Shown here: positions 1 through 8,830 of the stretch, in pieces | Layout: each line of letters opens with the position of its first letter | Numbering within the stretch: the first letter of the stretch is position 1 | From: Verrucomicrobiaceae bacterium | Lineage (GTDB): Bacteria; Verrucomicrobiota; Verrucomicrobiia; Verrucomicrobiales; Akkermansiaceae | Reading direction: 5' to 3' | Assembly (NCBI GenBank): GCA_051252135.1 | Contig: JBPOGH010000006.1 | Span: forward strand, 184,953-248,952 | Length of the DNA stretch: 64,000 bases | The notes under the pieces: model-generated | What the model was told of the DNA's origin: nothing | Seen by the model: the letters and a program-made list of their open reading frames with translations, nothing else | Database searches by the model: none | Made by a program: the position numbers and the translations under genes

Positions 1-485
1 CGATTGCTCCGGCGCGGGTGAGCGGTGAGGTGCTGGCGGAGGCGCGGGCGATTGCGGAGAGGCTGGTGGGCGAACTGGATTACCGGGGGTTGCTGGCGGT
101 GGAGTTTTTTGTGGAGAAGAGCGGGCGGGTGCTGGTGAATGAGATGGCGCCAAGGCCTCATAACTCGGGTCACTTTTCGATGAACGGCTGTGTGACTTCG
201 CAATTTGAGCAGCAGTTGCGGGCGGTGTGCGGGTTACCGCTGGGGTCGACCGAGCTCCTGAGTCCGACGGTGATGGTGAATCTGTTAGGAGATATGTGGC
301 GGGGGGATCCCCGGGAGCTGGACACGGCTGCGATCATTTCGACGGAAGGGGCGAAACTGCACCTTTACGGGAAGAGCGAACCGGGCGAACGGCGGAAGCT
401 GGGCCACGTGAATGTGGTGGGCGGGGAGGATGTGCTGGCGCGGGCCGAGGGGTTGAAGGACCGGTTGCTGGGCCAGCAACTATAG
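1..485 (+). CDS. purK: N5-carboxyaminoimidazole ribonucleotide synthetase, 3' part (5' end outside window)
   Basis: ATP-grasp PurK motifs NEMAPRPHNSGH, SQFEQQLRAVCGLPLG, LHLYGK...RRKLGHV. Confidence 0.95.
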   Translation, partial: IAPARVSGEVLAEARAIAERLVGELDYRGLLAVEFFVEKSGRVLVNEMAPRPHNSGHFSMNGCVTSQFEQQLRAVCGLPLGSTELLSPTVMVNLLGDMWRGDPRELDTAAIISTEGAKLHLYGKSEPGERRKLGHVNVVGGEDVLARAEGLKDRLLGQQL

Positions 486-1922
486 GTCGATGACGAAGCC
501 GGACCTGCTGCTGACGGCTTCCGCTTCATCGACGTGAATCCAGCGGATGCCGTAGTGGCGACCCCAGGAGTCACTGACGGCGATCTCGTTGGTCAGCTCA
601 TTGTAGCCGATGATCATGCAGATGTGGTAGTTCCCTTTGTCCTGAAGGTTGGGGATGTTGGCTTCTGCTTGAGCTGAGATTTCTGAGGCGTATTTGGACC
701 AGTCGGTGATTTTTGTGCGGACCTTGGTGCGCATGTTGGCGGTGGAGTTGTAGAGCGGGAGGCTGCACATTTGCCAGAGGACGGGGACGCCTTTATCGAT
801 GTATTTTTTGAGCTTCTTGGGCTCGAGTGAGGGGAGGTCGATCTCGCGCGCGGTGCGGCCGCCTTTGCTGCGAGTGGTGAAGGCGACTTCATCGTAGAGC
901 TTTCCGGTGTAGGTTCCGCCGCCGGGGGAGGTGGCAAGAGTGGCGAGGAGATACATGTCGGCTTCGACCCCGGCGTGGCGCATGGCGCGCTCAAAGGTGG
1001 CCGGGGCGCAGTATCCCTTGGGGCCTTGGTCGACCATGGGGATGTTGTCGACGTAGACATCGCCATTGTCTTTTTGAACGACGTTGTTTTTGAGCCGGAT
1101 ACGCATATCGCCATCGCTGATACGGTCGGCGCGGCCTTTGTCGTCGGCGAAGTCGGTGGTGACGATGCGGAGGCCGACGTATTCGTCTTTGGCGTGGGTG
1201 AGGAGGAAGGCGTGGCCGTTCCAATCCCAGCGTTCGACTTTGACGGTTTTGCTTCCCTGTCCGGCGAAGCGTTGGAATTCGCCTTTTCCCAAGACTTTGG
1301 TGAGGGCTTCGGAGATCATTTTGGTGTCATATTGCATGGCGCCCTCAAGGGTGGAGCGGTCGACGGTTTCTCCGTTATCGGTAAAATGATCCTCGCCGCT
1401 GCCGACGGTGCTAAGGGAGTCGCCCTTGTTGGAGTAGATGAGGGAGAAGGATTCGGTGCGTCCTTTGTCATCGCCGTAGGCGACGACGGTGTAGGGGTGG
1501 GCACCGGCGAACATGTAATCGGGGCGGGTGTAGAGGCGGTAGCTGCTGGTGAAGGGGGTTTTGGATTCGGCTGGCCATTTGAGGCGGGTGGCGACATCGG
1601 AGGCTTGTTCGTTCCAGAGTCTACCGGGTTTGGCGAAGAGGGGGACGCCGAGGGCTTTGTTGAGAGGCTCCATGGTCTGATCGAGCATGGCGTTGTATTT
1701 TCCCCAGGTGCTTGTGACGAGATGGCGTGATTCCGGGGAAAGGACGGCGAGGGGGGTGGGGAATTCCCGGCCGTCGGAGCGGCGGAGCAGGGCGGTGCCG
1801 TTTTCGAGATTGATGAGGTGGACCTTCAATTGTTCTCCGGAGTCACTTTGGAGAAGGAGGGGCTTATCTGCCAGGGCAGAGGAGCCGATCAAGAGAGTGA
1901 GGAGGAGGGTTGAAAGTTTCAT
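480..1922 (-). CDS. Secreted protein with N-terminal SHD1-like domain and C-terminal C39/papain-like cysteine peptidase domain
   Basis: Start moved to ATG 1922 (MKLSTLLLTLLIGSSALA signal peptide). LRRSDGREFPTPLAVLSPES resembles SHD1. QGPKGYC...HICMIIGY...SDSWG gives a Cys-His-Asp arrangement. Confidence 0.65.
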   Translation of the reverse strand: MKLSTLLLTLLIGSSALADKPLLLQSDSGEQLKVHLINLENGTALLRRSDGREFPTPLAVLSPESRHLVTSTWGKYNAMLDQTMEPLNKALGVPLFAKPGRLWNEQASDVATRLKWPAESKTPFTSSYRLYTRPDYMFAGAHPYTVVAYGDDKGRTESFSLIYSNKGDSLSTVGSGEDHFTDNGETVDRSTLEGAMQYDTKMISEALTKVLGKGEFQRFAGQGSKTVKVERWDWNGHAFLLTHAKDEYVGLRIVTTDFADDKGRADRISDGDMRIRLKNNVVQKDNGDVYVDNIPMVDQGPKGYCAPATFERAMRHAGVEADMYLLATLATSPGGGTYTGKLYDEVAFTTRSKGGRTAREIDLPSLEPKKLKKYIDKGVPVLWQMCSLPLYNSTANMRTKVRTKITDWSKYASEISAQAEANIPNLQDKGNYHICMIIGYNELTNEIAVSDSWGRHYGIRWIHVDEAEAVSSRSGFVIDL

Positions 1923-2239
1923 CGGGGAGAGCGGGAAGGAATCAAGGGAAGGAGCGAAAGGCGATGACGGATTTGTTGATTTTTTGTAGCGGGAGGGCGG
2001 GTTCTGGGGAGTTGGCAGCGTTCTTTGAGGTTGCCGGAATCTGAATTGTCCGTTTTGGTGAAAATAGCTTGATGAATCATCTGGAAATATAAGGATTACG
2101 GACCATCGGGATGACGTTTGAATGGACGGCATCCCGAACGTGATGGTCCGGAGGAACAATTCTGTTCGGTCCAAGAGTCGAACTCTTTGGTGGATTGATT
2201 CACCGTTGAATTCGAATTTGATTTGAACCCAATATTCTG

Positions 2240-4000
2240 ATGGAAAACGCGTTAAGTTATTTCGACTACGGGGTCGTTGCCTTTTACTTTATTTTCATGG
2301 TGGGGATTGGTGTTCTCTTCCGAAACTACATCACGAACACCTCCGATTACTTTCGGGGAGGGGGACAGATGGTGTGGTGGATGGCTGGCAGCAGCGCATT
2401 CATGGTTCAATTCAGTGCGTGGACGTTCACCGGAGCGGCGAGTAAGGCGTATGAGGACGGGTTGTTGATTTTGGTGATCTTTTTCGGGAACGCGGTGGGG
2501 TTCCTGATGAACTATTTGTACTTCGCCGGAAAATTCCGACAGCTTCGCGTCATCACTCCGGTGGAGGCAATGCGCCAACGGTTCGGGAAGGCTTCGGAGC
2601 AGGTCTTTACCTGGCTCCAGCTGCCGATCGGGACTTTGTATGCCGGGATTTGGCTTAATGGACTGGGGGTGTTCTTTTCAGCGGTCTTTGGCTTCGATAT
2701 TGCGACGACGATTCTGGTCACCGGACTGGTGGTTTTAATTCTTTCCGTGACGGGAGGAAGTTGGGCGGTGGTGGCCTCGGATTTCATGCAGGTTCTGGTG
2801 TTGATGCCGATCTCGCTGGTGGCTGCATTTTATGCGTTGAAGGAAGTCGGCGGGGCAGGGGCCTTGATCGAGCGTTTTCCTGCGGACCGGCTCTTTGGCG
2901 GAGAGACCAATTACCCGACCTTGATCTGGGTATGGGTGATCGTCATTATCGTGAAGCAGTTCGCCTCGACCAACAACCTGATGGACGCATCGCGTTACCT
3001 TTGCGCCAAGGATACCTGGCATGCGCGTCGGGCGGCTCTGCTGGCCTCGGCGCTCTTTATCATTGGGCCGATCGTTTGGTTTATTCCCCCGATGGCATCC
3101 GCTATTTTGTATCCGGATATTGATGCGATGTTCCCGCAGCTGAAGAACGGTTCGGAAGCAGCCTACGTGGCGCTCTGTATCAATACTCTACCGGTTGGTA
3201 TGCTGGGGCTGCTGCTTTCGGGTATTTTTGCGGCCACGATGTCGTCCATGGATAGCGGTCTCAACCGGAACGCGGGAATCTTTGTGCGAAATTTTTACCT
3301 CCCGCGTCTGCGGCCGAAAGCCGGGGAGCGGGAGCTGCTGATTGCGGGGAAGGTCTCGACTCTTATTTTCGGAGCGGCGATTATTTTCTCGGGTATCCAG
3401 TTTAGCAATATGAAGGAGCTGGCGCTCTTTGACCTTATGATGCAGTTCGGTGCCTTGGTAGCGATACCCATGCAGGTCCCGTTGATCTGGGGGATTATCG
3501 TGAAGCGAGTTCCGGACTGGGCGAGCTGGAGTTCCATTTTAGTGGGTCTGGTGACGTCCTTTTTGGTGAAAACGTATTTGGATGCCGAGTGGGTGAACGG
3601 CTTCCTAGGACTAGGGGTGGAGTTTTCCGGGAGAGAGGCGACGGATATCACCCTCATAATGGGTGTTGTGATCAATCTTTTGGTCGGGTCGGTATTTTAT
3701 CTCTCGACGATGATGTTCTATCGGGAGCCGACCGATAAGGTCAGGAAAGAAGAGGTGGAAACCTTGTTCAAGAACTTGCATACGCCCGTGGAGTCCGGTG
3801 AGGATGGATCCGAAGAGATGGATTCGAACCAAGGCGATTCTTTGGGGATGCTCTCGCTGATTTATGGCGGCTTTGTGGCATTGTTGGCATTGATCCCCAA
3901 TCCAATGACCGGGCGAATCGCATTCCTTTTCTGCGGCGGGGTTCTGATTTTGATCGGGTATCTGTTGAGAAAAGGTAGCAAGGAAGGGGTTTCCAAATGA
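2240..4000 (+). CDS. Sodium:solute symporter family transporter (probable oligo-uronate importer)
   Basis: Many TM segments; DYFRGG, FSAWTFTG, FAATMSSMDSGLN SSS motifs; heads an operon with lyase and reductase genes. Confidence 0.88.
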   Translation: MENALSYFDYGVVAFYFIFMVGIGVLFRNYITNTSDYFRGGGQMVWWMAGSSAFMVQFSAWTFTGAASKAYEDGLLILVIFFGNAVGFLMNYLYFAGKFRQLRVITPVEAMRQRFGKASEQVFTWLQLPIGTLYAGIWLNGLGVFFSAVFGFDIATTILVTGLVVLILSVTGGSWAVVASDFMQVLVLMPISLVAAFYALKEVGGAGALIERFPADRLFGGETNYPTLIWVWVIVIIVKQFASTNNLMDASRYLCAKDTWHARRAALLASALFIIGPIVWFIPPMASAILYPDIDAMFPQLKNGSEAAYVALCINTLPVGMLGLLLSGIFAATMSSMDSGLNRNAGIFVRNFYLPRLRPKAGERELLIAGKVSTLIFGAAIIFSGIQFSNMKELALFDLMMQFGALVAIPMQVPLIWGIIVKRVPDWASWSSILVGLVTSFLVKTYLDAEWVNGFLGLGVEFSGREATDITLIMGVVINLLVGSVFYLSTMMFYREPTDKVRKEEVETLFKNLHTPVESGEDGSEEMDSNQGDSLGMLSLIYGGFVALLALIPNPMTGRIAFLFCGGVLILIGYLLRKGSKEGVSK

Positions 4001-5079
4001 CCGAAGGACGCGAACCGATATTGATGTTAGGTGCGAACCGGGTTTGGCGCACTTATCAGGGTGGACGGATTCTTGACGAGATCGAGGAAAAGGCGGAGCC
4101 CCAAGACAGTCATTTTCCGGAGGACTGGATTGGTTCCCTGACTGCGGCGAAAAACCCTGATCGTGAATTTGGGGAGGAGGGAATCTCGCGTGTGACACGA
4201 TCCAATGGCGAATCAGTTTTGTTGACTGAGTTGGTCGCGGAGGATCCTGTTTATTATTTGGGGAGTGATCATTATGCGGCTTATGGTCTGGATACGCGAA
4301 TCCTGGTCAAGTTTCTGGACTCGGCGATCAGGCTTCATTTTCAGGTTCATCCTACGGCAGCGTTTTCCAAGCAGTTTCTCGGCTGTACGAGCGGGAAAAC
4401 GGAGGCGTATGTGATTCTTGCGATCCGGGAAGGGATTGAAGAACCCTATATTTATGCCGGGTTCCAGAGGCCGCCGGAGCGTGAGGTTTTGAAGGAGTGG
4501 ATTGAGAATCAAGATATCGATGCGATCAAAACGTGTTTCGATAAGATTCCGGTGAAGCCGGGCGATGTCTTTCTCATCCCCGGCGGATTTCCGCATGCTC
4601 TGGGTGAAGGGATTTTGATGGTGGAGCTGATGGAGGCGAGTGATCTGGCTGTTCGTTTCGAGTTCGAGCGCGGGGGATTCGTGTTGCCCGAGGAGTCCCG
4701 GTTTTTGGGAAAAGATTTGGATTTTGCGCTCACCGTTTTCAATCACACCCCTGTATCTGCCGATAAATTCCAATGTCGGCCAGAGCTGTTGAGGCGGTTT
4801 GCCGACGGGTCCGAGCAGCATCTGCTGATTGGTAAGAAACACACCGATTGTTTCTCCGCCCGCGAGACAAGGATCGCAGAACGGATCTCCAAAGAAGAGA
4901 GGGGAGCTTACATCGGAATTGTGATGGAAGGTCGCGGTCGGATGACCTTGGGAGAAAGTTCGTGGGAGCTTGAGCCTTTTGATCGGTTTTTCGTGGCGGC
5001 GTCCTGTGGTCCGATCACCTTTGAAACGATCGACCGGCTTCGAATTTTGGAATGTACCCCACCCGATACCGACAATTAA
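3997..5079 (+). CDS. Class I mannose-6-phosphate isomerase-like cupin protein
   Basis: LVKFLDSAIRLHFQVHP, KTEAY, IPGGFPHALG motifs; ATGA overlap with upstream gene. Confidence 0.8.
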   Translation: MTEGREPILMLGANRVWRTYQGGRILDEIEEKAEPQDSHFPEDWIGSLTAAKNPDREFGEEGISRVTRSNGESVLLTELVAEDPVYYLGSDHYAAYGLDTRILVKFLDSAIRLHFQVHPTAAFSKQFLGCTSGKTEAYVILAIREGIEEPYIYAGFQRPPEREVLKEWIENQDIDAIKTCFDKIPVKPGDVFLIPGGFPHALGEGILMVELMEASDLAVRFEFERGGFVLPEESRFLGKDLDFALTVFNHTPVSADKFQCRPELLRRFADGSEQHLLIGKKHTDCFSARETRIAERISKEERGAYIGIVMEGRGRMTLGESSWELEPFDRFFVAASCGPITFETIDRLRILECTPPDTDN

Positions 5080-5080
5080 A

Positions 5081-6091
5081 ATGATCTCGAAAAACCTCGT
5101 GGTGTTGACCCAGACCGAGATTGAAACGTTCCTCGTCGACGGTCGATTGGATACGTTGAAGAGGCTCGTTGAGCCCTGTCTCGTTATAGATGGCGAAGCG
5201 ATGTCCGCTGATGAGTGGCGTCGGCTTCTTTCCGAACACAATCCCGAAATCCTTGTGGCCGGGTGGAAGACACCGGCCTTGCCCGATGACGTTTTAAGTG
5301 AGGTGGCTCCGGGATTACGATACGTCTGCTACCTCCCCGGATCCATCCGGAAGCTGGTCACGCGTGAGATGATCGAGGCAGGCCTGCTCGTTTCCAATTG
5401 GGCTTCCTCCATCAGCCGGACCGTGGCGGAGTGCGCTCTTCTTTTGGCTTTATCCTGTATGAGAAGGGCGAGTTTTTGGAATGAAGAGATGCACAACCGC
5501 GGAGGTTGGAAGGATGGATCGACGCAGACCCAATCCCTTTTCGAGAGACGTGTTGGGATTCACGGATACGGAGCGGTCGCGAAAGCACTGGTCCTGCTTC
5601 TGAGGCCATTTACCGACAGGATTTCGGCCTATTCGGAAGGCGTTCCAATGGAGGTTTACGAGCAGGATGGAGTCGTGCTCTCCGAATCGCTGGAGGCCTT
5701 GTTCAGCGAAAACGATGTCATTTTTGAGATCGAGGCCTTAACCCCCGAGCGGGAGAACATCATTGATGAGGCGATGTTGCGTCGAATTCCCAAAGGCGGG
5801 ACTTTTGTTAATATTGCGCGAGGGGCCCTGGTAAATGAGGAAGACCTTCTCAAGGTGGCCCTTGAAGGAGAGCTCCAATTTGGGCTCGATGTTTATCAAA
5901 CGGAGCCGCTGCCTGCGGACCATGGCTTCCGGGGGTGTCATAATATTATGTTACTCCCTCATTTGGGCGGGCCAACGACGGATCGGCGAAAAGACGCCGC
6001 CGATTACAGTTTGGAGAATTTAAGACGTTATCAACGGGGCGAAGATATCCTTAGTCCGGTGACTGCGGAAATTTACGAACGGTCTACCTAA
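5081..6091 (+). CDS. D-isomer-specific 2-hydroxyacid dehydrogenase family protein
   Basis: VAECALLL, GIHGYGAVA, FVNIARGALV, LDVYQTEPL, LLPHLGG motifs; start set at ATG 5081 just after the upstream stop. Confidence 0.85.
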   Translation: MISKNLVVLTQTEIETFLVDGRLDTLKRLVEPCLVIDGEAMSADEWRRLLSEHNPEILVAGWKTPALPDDVLSEVAPGLRYVCYLPGSIRKLVTREMIEAGLLVSNWASSISRTVAECALLLALSCMRRASFWNEEMHNRGGWKDGSTQTQSLFERRVGIHGYGAVAKALVLLLRPFTDRISAYSEGVPMEVYEQDGVVLSESLEALFSENDVIFEIEALTPERENIIDEAMLRRIPKGGTFVNIARGALVNEEDLLKVALEGELQFGLDVYQTEPLPADHGFRGCHNIMLLPHLGGPTTDRRKDAADYSLENLRRYQRGEDILSPVTAEIYERST

Positions 6092-6097
6092 AATATC

Positions 6098-8041
6098 ATG
6101 GATACAGCGAATTTGAACGGATCATTGATGAAGAATTTTGGGCCGAAACGGGAGTCAGTCCCGGTGGATTACCGGTGGTGGCAAAACCAGGCCAAGGACT
6201 TGATTTCTCCTCTCATCAAATTGATGGAGAAGGGGAAGGCCAGCATGCCGATTGAAGGCATGGCAAGTGACCACGATGAAAACGCGGATCGACTGGAATC
6301 GTTTGCCCGGCCTCTTTTACTTTGGGCCCATTGGCAAAAATCTCTGGAGGCTTATTCGGACAGCAATGACGACGCGATGACCGCGACTGCGAAGGAGTGG
6401 TTCCGCGAAGGTTTGTTAGCCGGGACAGATCCGGAGAGTCCGGAGTTCTGGGGGCATTCGGCGAACTTTCACCAGCACTCGGTCGAAATGGGTTTGATGG
6501 TGATCGGTCTTGAGTTGAGTCGTGAGCATCTTTGGAGCACGTTGACTGATCCCGAGAAACAGCAGGTATTACTTTGGCTCGAGTCCGATGTGGGTAACGG
6601 ACACCACTGGAACAACCATATGTTCTTTGGCATTCTGGTGATGGAATTTCTTATTGGGGAAGGCAGAGGGCACGAGGCCTATCGGCTGGTGATTGATCGT
6701 TGGTTTGAGGAGCTTGATGGAATGTATGCCAGTGAGGGCTGGTATATGGACGGAATGAATCAGGCTTTTGATTTCTACAATGCCTATGCGTGGCATTACT
6801 ATGTTCTTTGGTGGATTTCGCTTTATGGGGAGAATGACAAGGAGCGCTGTCGGCGCTGGGGTGAACGGTGCGGGCGTTTTCTGGAGGACTACCCTCGTTT
6901 CTTTGCGGAGAGCGGAGAGCATCCTGCATTTGGGCGGTCGATTACTTACCGGTTTAATGCGACGGCGCCGATCGGTCTTGCTCACGCCCTTGGAGTGAGC
7001 CCGCTGGAGCCCGGTTTGTCCCGGTCGCTTTGTCAGCGGAATCTGAAATTTTTCACCGATAAGCCGATCGCGCAATCCCAGGGCTGCCTGTCCCTGGGAT
7101 GGTATGACGAATTTATCGATATGGTAGAGGTCTACTCGTGTGGAGGCTCCACGTATTGGGCGGCAAAAGCGTTCGCACCCTTGCTTCTTGGGCCGGACGA
7201 TGCTTTCTGGAGCGATGAGGAGGTGACCTGCCCTGCATCGAAGGGGGATAGCGCACTGGCTTTGAAGCCGCCAAGTTTGGTGGTGCGGAATACGAACGGC
7301 GAGGTCGAGATCGTCAACGTGGGGTCACAGATTGCTTCTACGAACACCCGGTTTGGTCCTTACAAGTGGGGGCTGCTCAGTTACAAGTCGTCGTATGGTT
7401 TTACGATTGTCCGCGATGGGAATCTCTATCCTTTGGATTCGGGCCTGACCGCGCAGGCCCCAGAAGGGAATGTTATTTATGGTCGGCACTACACCGCTCC
7501 TGCGATCGTGGAATCCGACCGGATGGCATGTCTTTACAGTCTGGGCCGGAAGTTCGAGCAGTTTCAGGTGTCGGTTGAAACCCGGATGTGGTGGCAGGGT
7601 GATTGGCAATTGATTGTTCATCGATGTATCGCGAAACAGGACTCCATTTTGCGGCACGGTTCCTATGCGCTCTCCTCGGGGGATGCGACGCAATTGGAGA
7701 CAGGACACGGTGGGTTGGCAGGCGAGATCTGGAATGGCGAACATGGTGTTGCGCTGCAGGGCGTCTTCGGTTTTGAGAACACCGAGGTTGATTCCCGCTT
7801 GAGCGATGCAGATGGCCCGCGCAGGCATATTCAGGCACCGTTTCATGCGACGCTTCTGCTCAAAAAGACAATGAAGGCGGCAGAAGAGACTTATCTTGTC
7901 TGCCTGTCCTGGTCCGGCAAGGTCCGGGCGGAGGGTGCTCCCTGGAAGGTGGATCGTCTGGCCGCCGGCGAATGGCGCTTTTCCCATGACTCTTTGGGGG
8001 AATGGTGTGTGGAGGATAAATTTCTGCCCAAACTGGATTAA
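6098..8041 (+). CDS. DUF2264 family protein (putative glycosidase)
   Basis: DRLESFARPL, GLLAGTDPESPEFWG, NNHMFF, GWYMDG...FDFYNAYAWHYY, FGRSITYRF motifs. Confidence 0.75.
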   Translation: MDTANLNGSLMKNFGPKRESVPVDYRWWQNQAKDLISPLIKLMEKGKASMPIEGMASDHDENADRLESFARPLLLWAHWQKSLEAYSDSNDDAMTATAKEWFREGLLAGTDPESPEFWGHSANFHQHSVEMGLMVIGLELSREHLWSTLTDPEKQQVLLWLESDVGNGHHWNNHMFFGILVMEFLIGEGRGHEAYRLVIDRWFEELDGMYASEGWYMDGMNQAFDFYNAYAWHYYVLWWISLYGENDKERCRRWGERCGRFLEDYPRFFAESGEHPAFGRSITYRFNATAPIGLAHALGVSPLEPGLSRSLCQRNLKFFTDKPIAQSQGCLSLGWYDEFIDMVEVYSCGGSTYWAAKAFAPLLLGPDDAFWSDEEVTCPASKGDSALALKPPSLVVRNTNGEVEIVNVGSQIASTNTRFGPYKWGLLSYKSSYGFTIVRDGNLYPLDSGLTAQAPEGNVIYGRHYTAPAIVESDRMACLYSLGRKFEQFQVSVETRMWWQGDWQLIVHRCIAKQDSILRHGSYALSSGDATQLETGHGGLAGEIWNGEHGVALQGVFGFENTEVDSRLSDADGPRRHIQAPFHATLLLKKTMKAAEETYLVCLSWSGKVRAEGAPWKVDRLAAGEWRFSHDSLGEWCVEDKFLPKLD

Positions 8042-8062
8042 CAACTTATTTTATACGAACAA

Positions 8063-8830
8063 ATGACCACTGAAAAATTGAAAGGAAAACGAGTCCTGGT
8101 GACTGCAGGTGCGCAGGGGATTGGCGAGGCTATCACCCGTCGATTTATTGAAGCGGGAGCCTTTGTGGCTGTTCACTATTTTTCGAGTGAGACCGTGGCC
8201 AGGGCACTCGTCGATGAAGCCAAAGCGAAAGGACTCAAAGCGATCGCGGTGCAGGGGGATCTTACCCTTCGTGAGGACGCCGAGCGCATCGCGGCTGAAA
8301 TTGAATCAGCCTTCGGAGGACTTGAGATTCTGATCAATAACGCCGGTTCTTTGGTGGAGCGCCGTTTCCACGGAGAGGTCGATGAGAAGCACTGGAAAAC
8401 CGTTTGGGACGTCAACGTGACCTCGGCCCAGAATATGAGTCAGGCAGTAGTCAGACTTCTGGAGGCAAGCGGAGAGAGCAGTATTGTGAACCTATCATCC
8501 CTGGCTGGTCGCAAAGGTGGCCACCCCGGGTCATTGGCCTATTCAACCTCCAAGGGGGCGATCCTGACTTGGTCGCGGGCTTTGGCGACCGAACTTGCTC
8601 CCAAGGGGATTCGCGTCAATGCGCTGGCACCAGGGTTGATCCTGGGAACCTCGTTTCATAACACTCACACGACCAAGGAGTCGGCCGATGCGACGGTGGC
8701 AACAATCCCACTCGGGAGGGCCGGAATCGCGGACGACGTGGCGAGAGCGGCTTTGTATCTGGCTTCGGAGTTCGATGGGTTTATTACGGGAGCAACTTTG
8801 GATATTAATGGAGGTGTTTATGCATGTTAG
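8063..8830 (+). CDS. SDR oxidoreductase, probable DEH (4-deoxy-L-erythro-5-hexoseulose uronate) reductase
   Basis: TAGAQGIG, NNAG, YSTSK catalytic motif; GRKGGHPG and TSFHNTHT resemble alginate-locus DEH reductases; genomic context. Confidence 0.75.
   Translation: MTTEKLKGKRVLVTAGAQGIGEAITRRFIEAGAFVAVHYFSSETVARALVDEAKAKGLKAIAVQGDLTLREDAERIAAEIESAFGGLEILINNAGSLVERRFHGEVDEKHWKTVWDVNVTSAQNMSQAVVRLLEASGESSIVNLSSLAGRKGGHPGSLAYSTSKGAILTWSRALATELAPKGIRVNALAPGLILGTSFHNTHTTKESADATVATIPLGRAGIADDVARAALYLASEFDGFITGATLDINGGVYAC

Noticed and set aside
1923..2174. Upstream ORF extensions from the ORF track (also at 4970, 8688, 15493, 19805, 30476, 56364)
   Set aside because: Downstream starts fit signal peptides, family N-termini and operon coupling better
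2175..2183. GAGTCGAAC matching the tmRNA T-arm as a possible att site
   Set aside because: Only 9 bp, it does not extend to the CCA end and there is no integrase; compatible with chance
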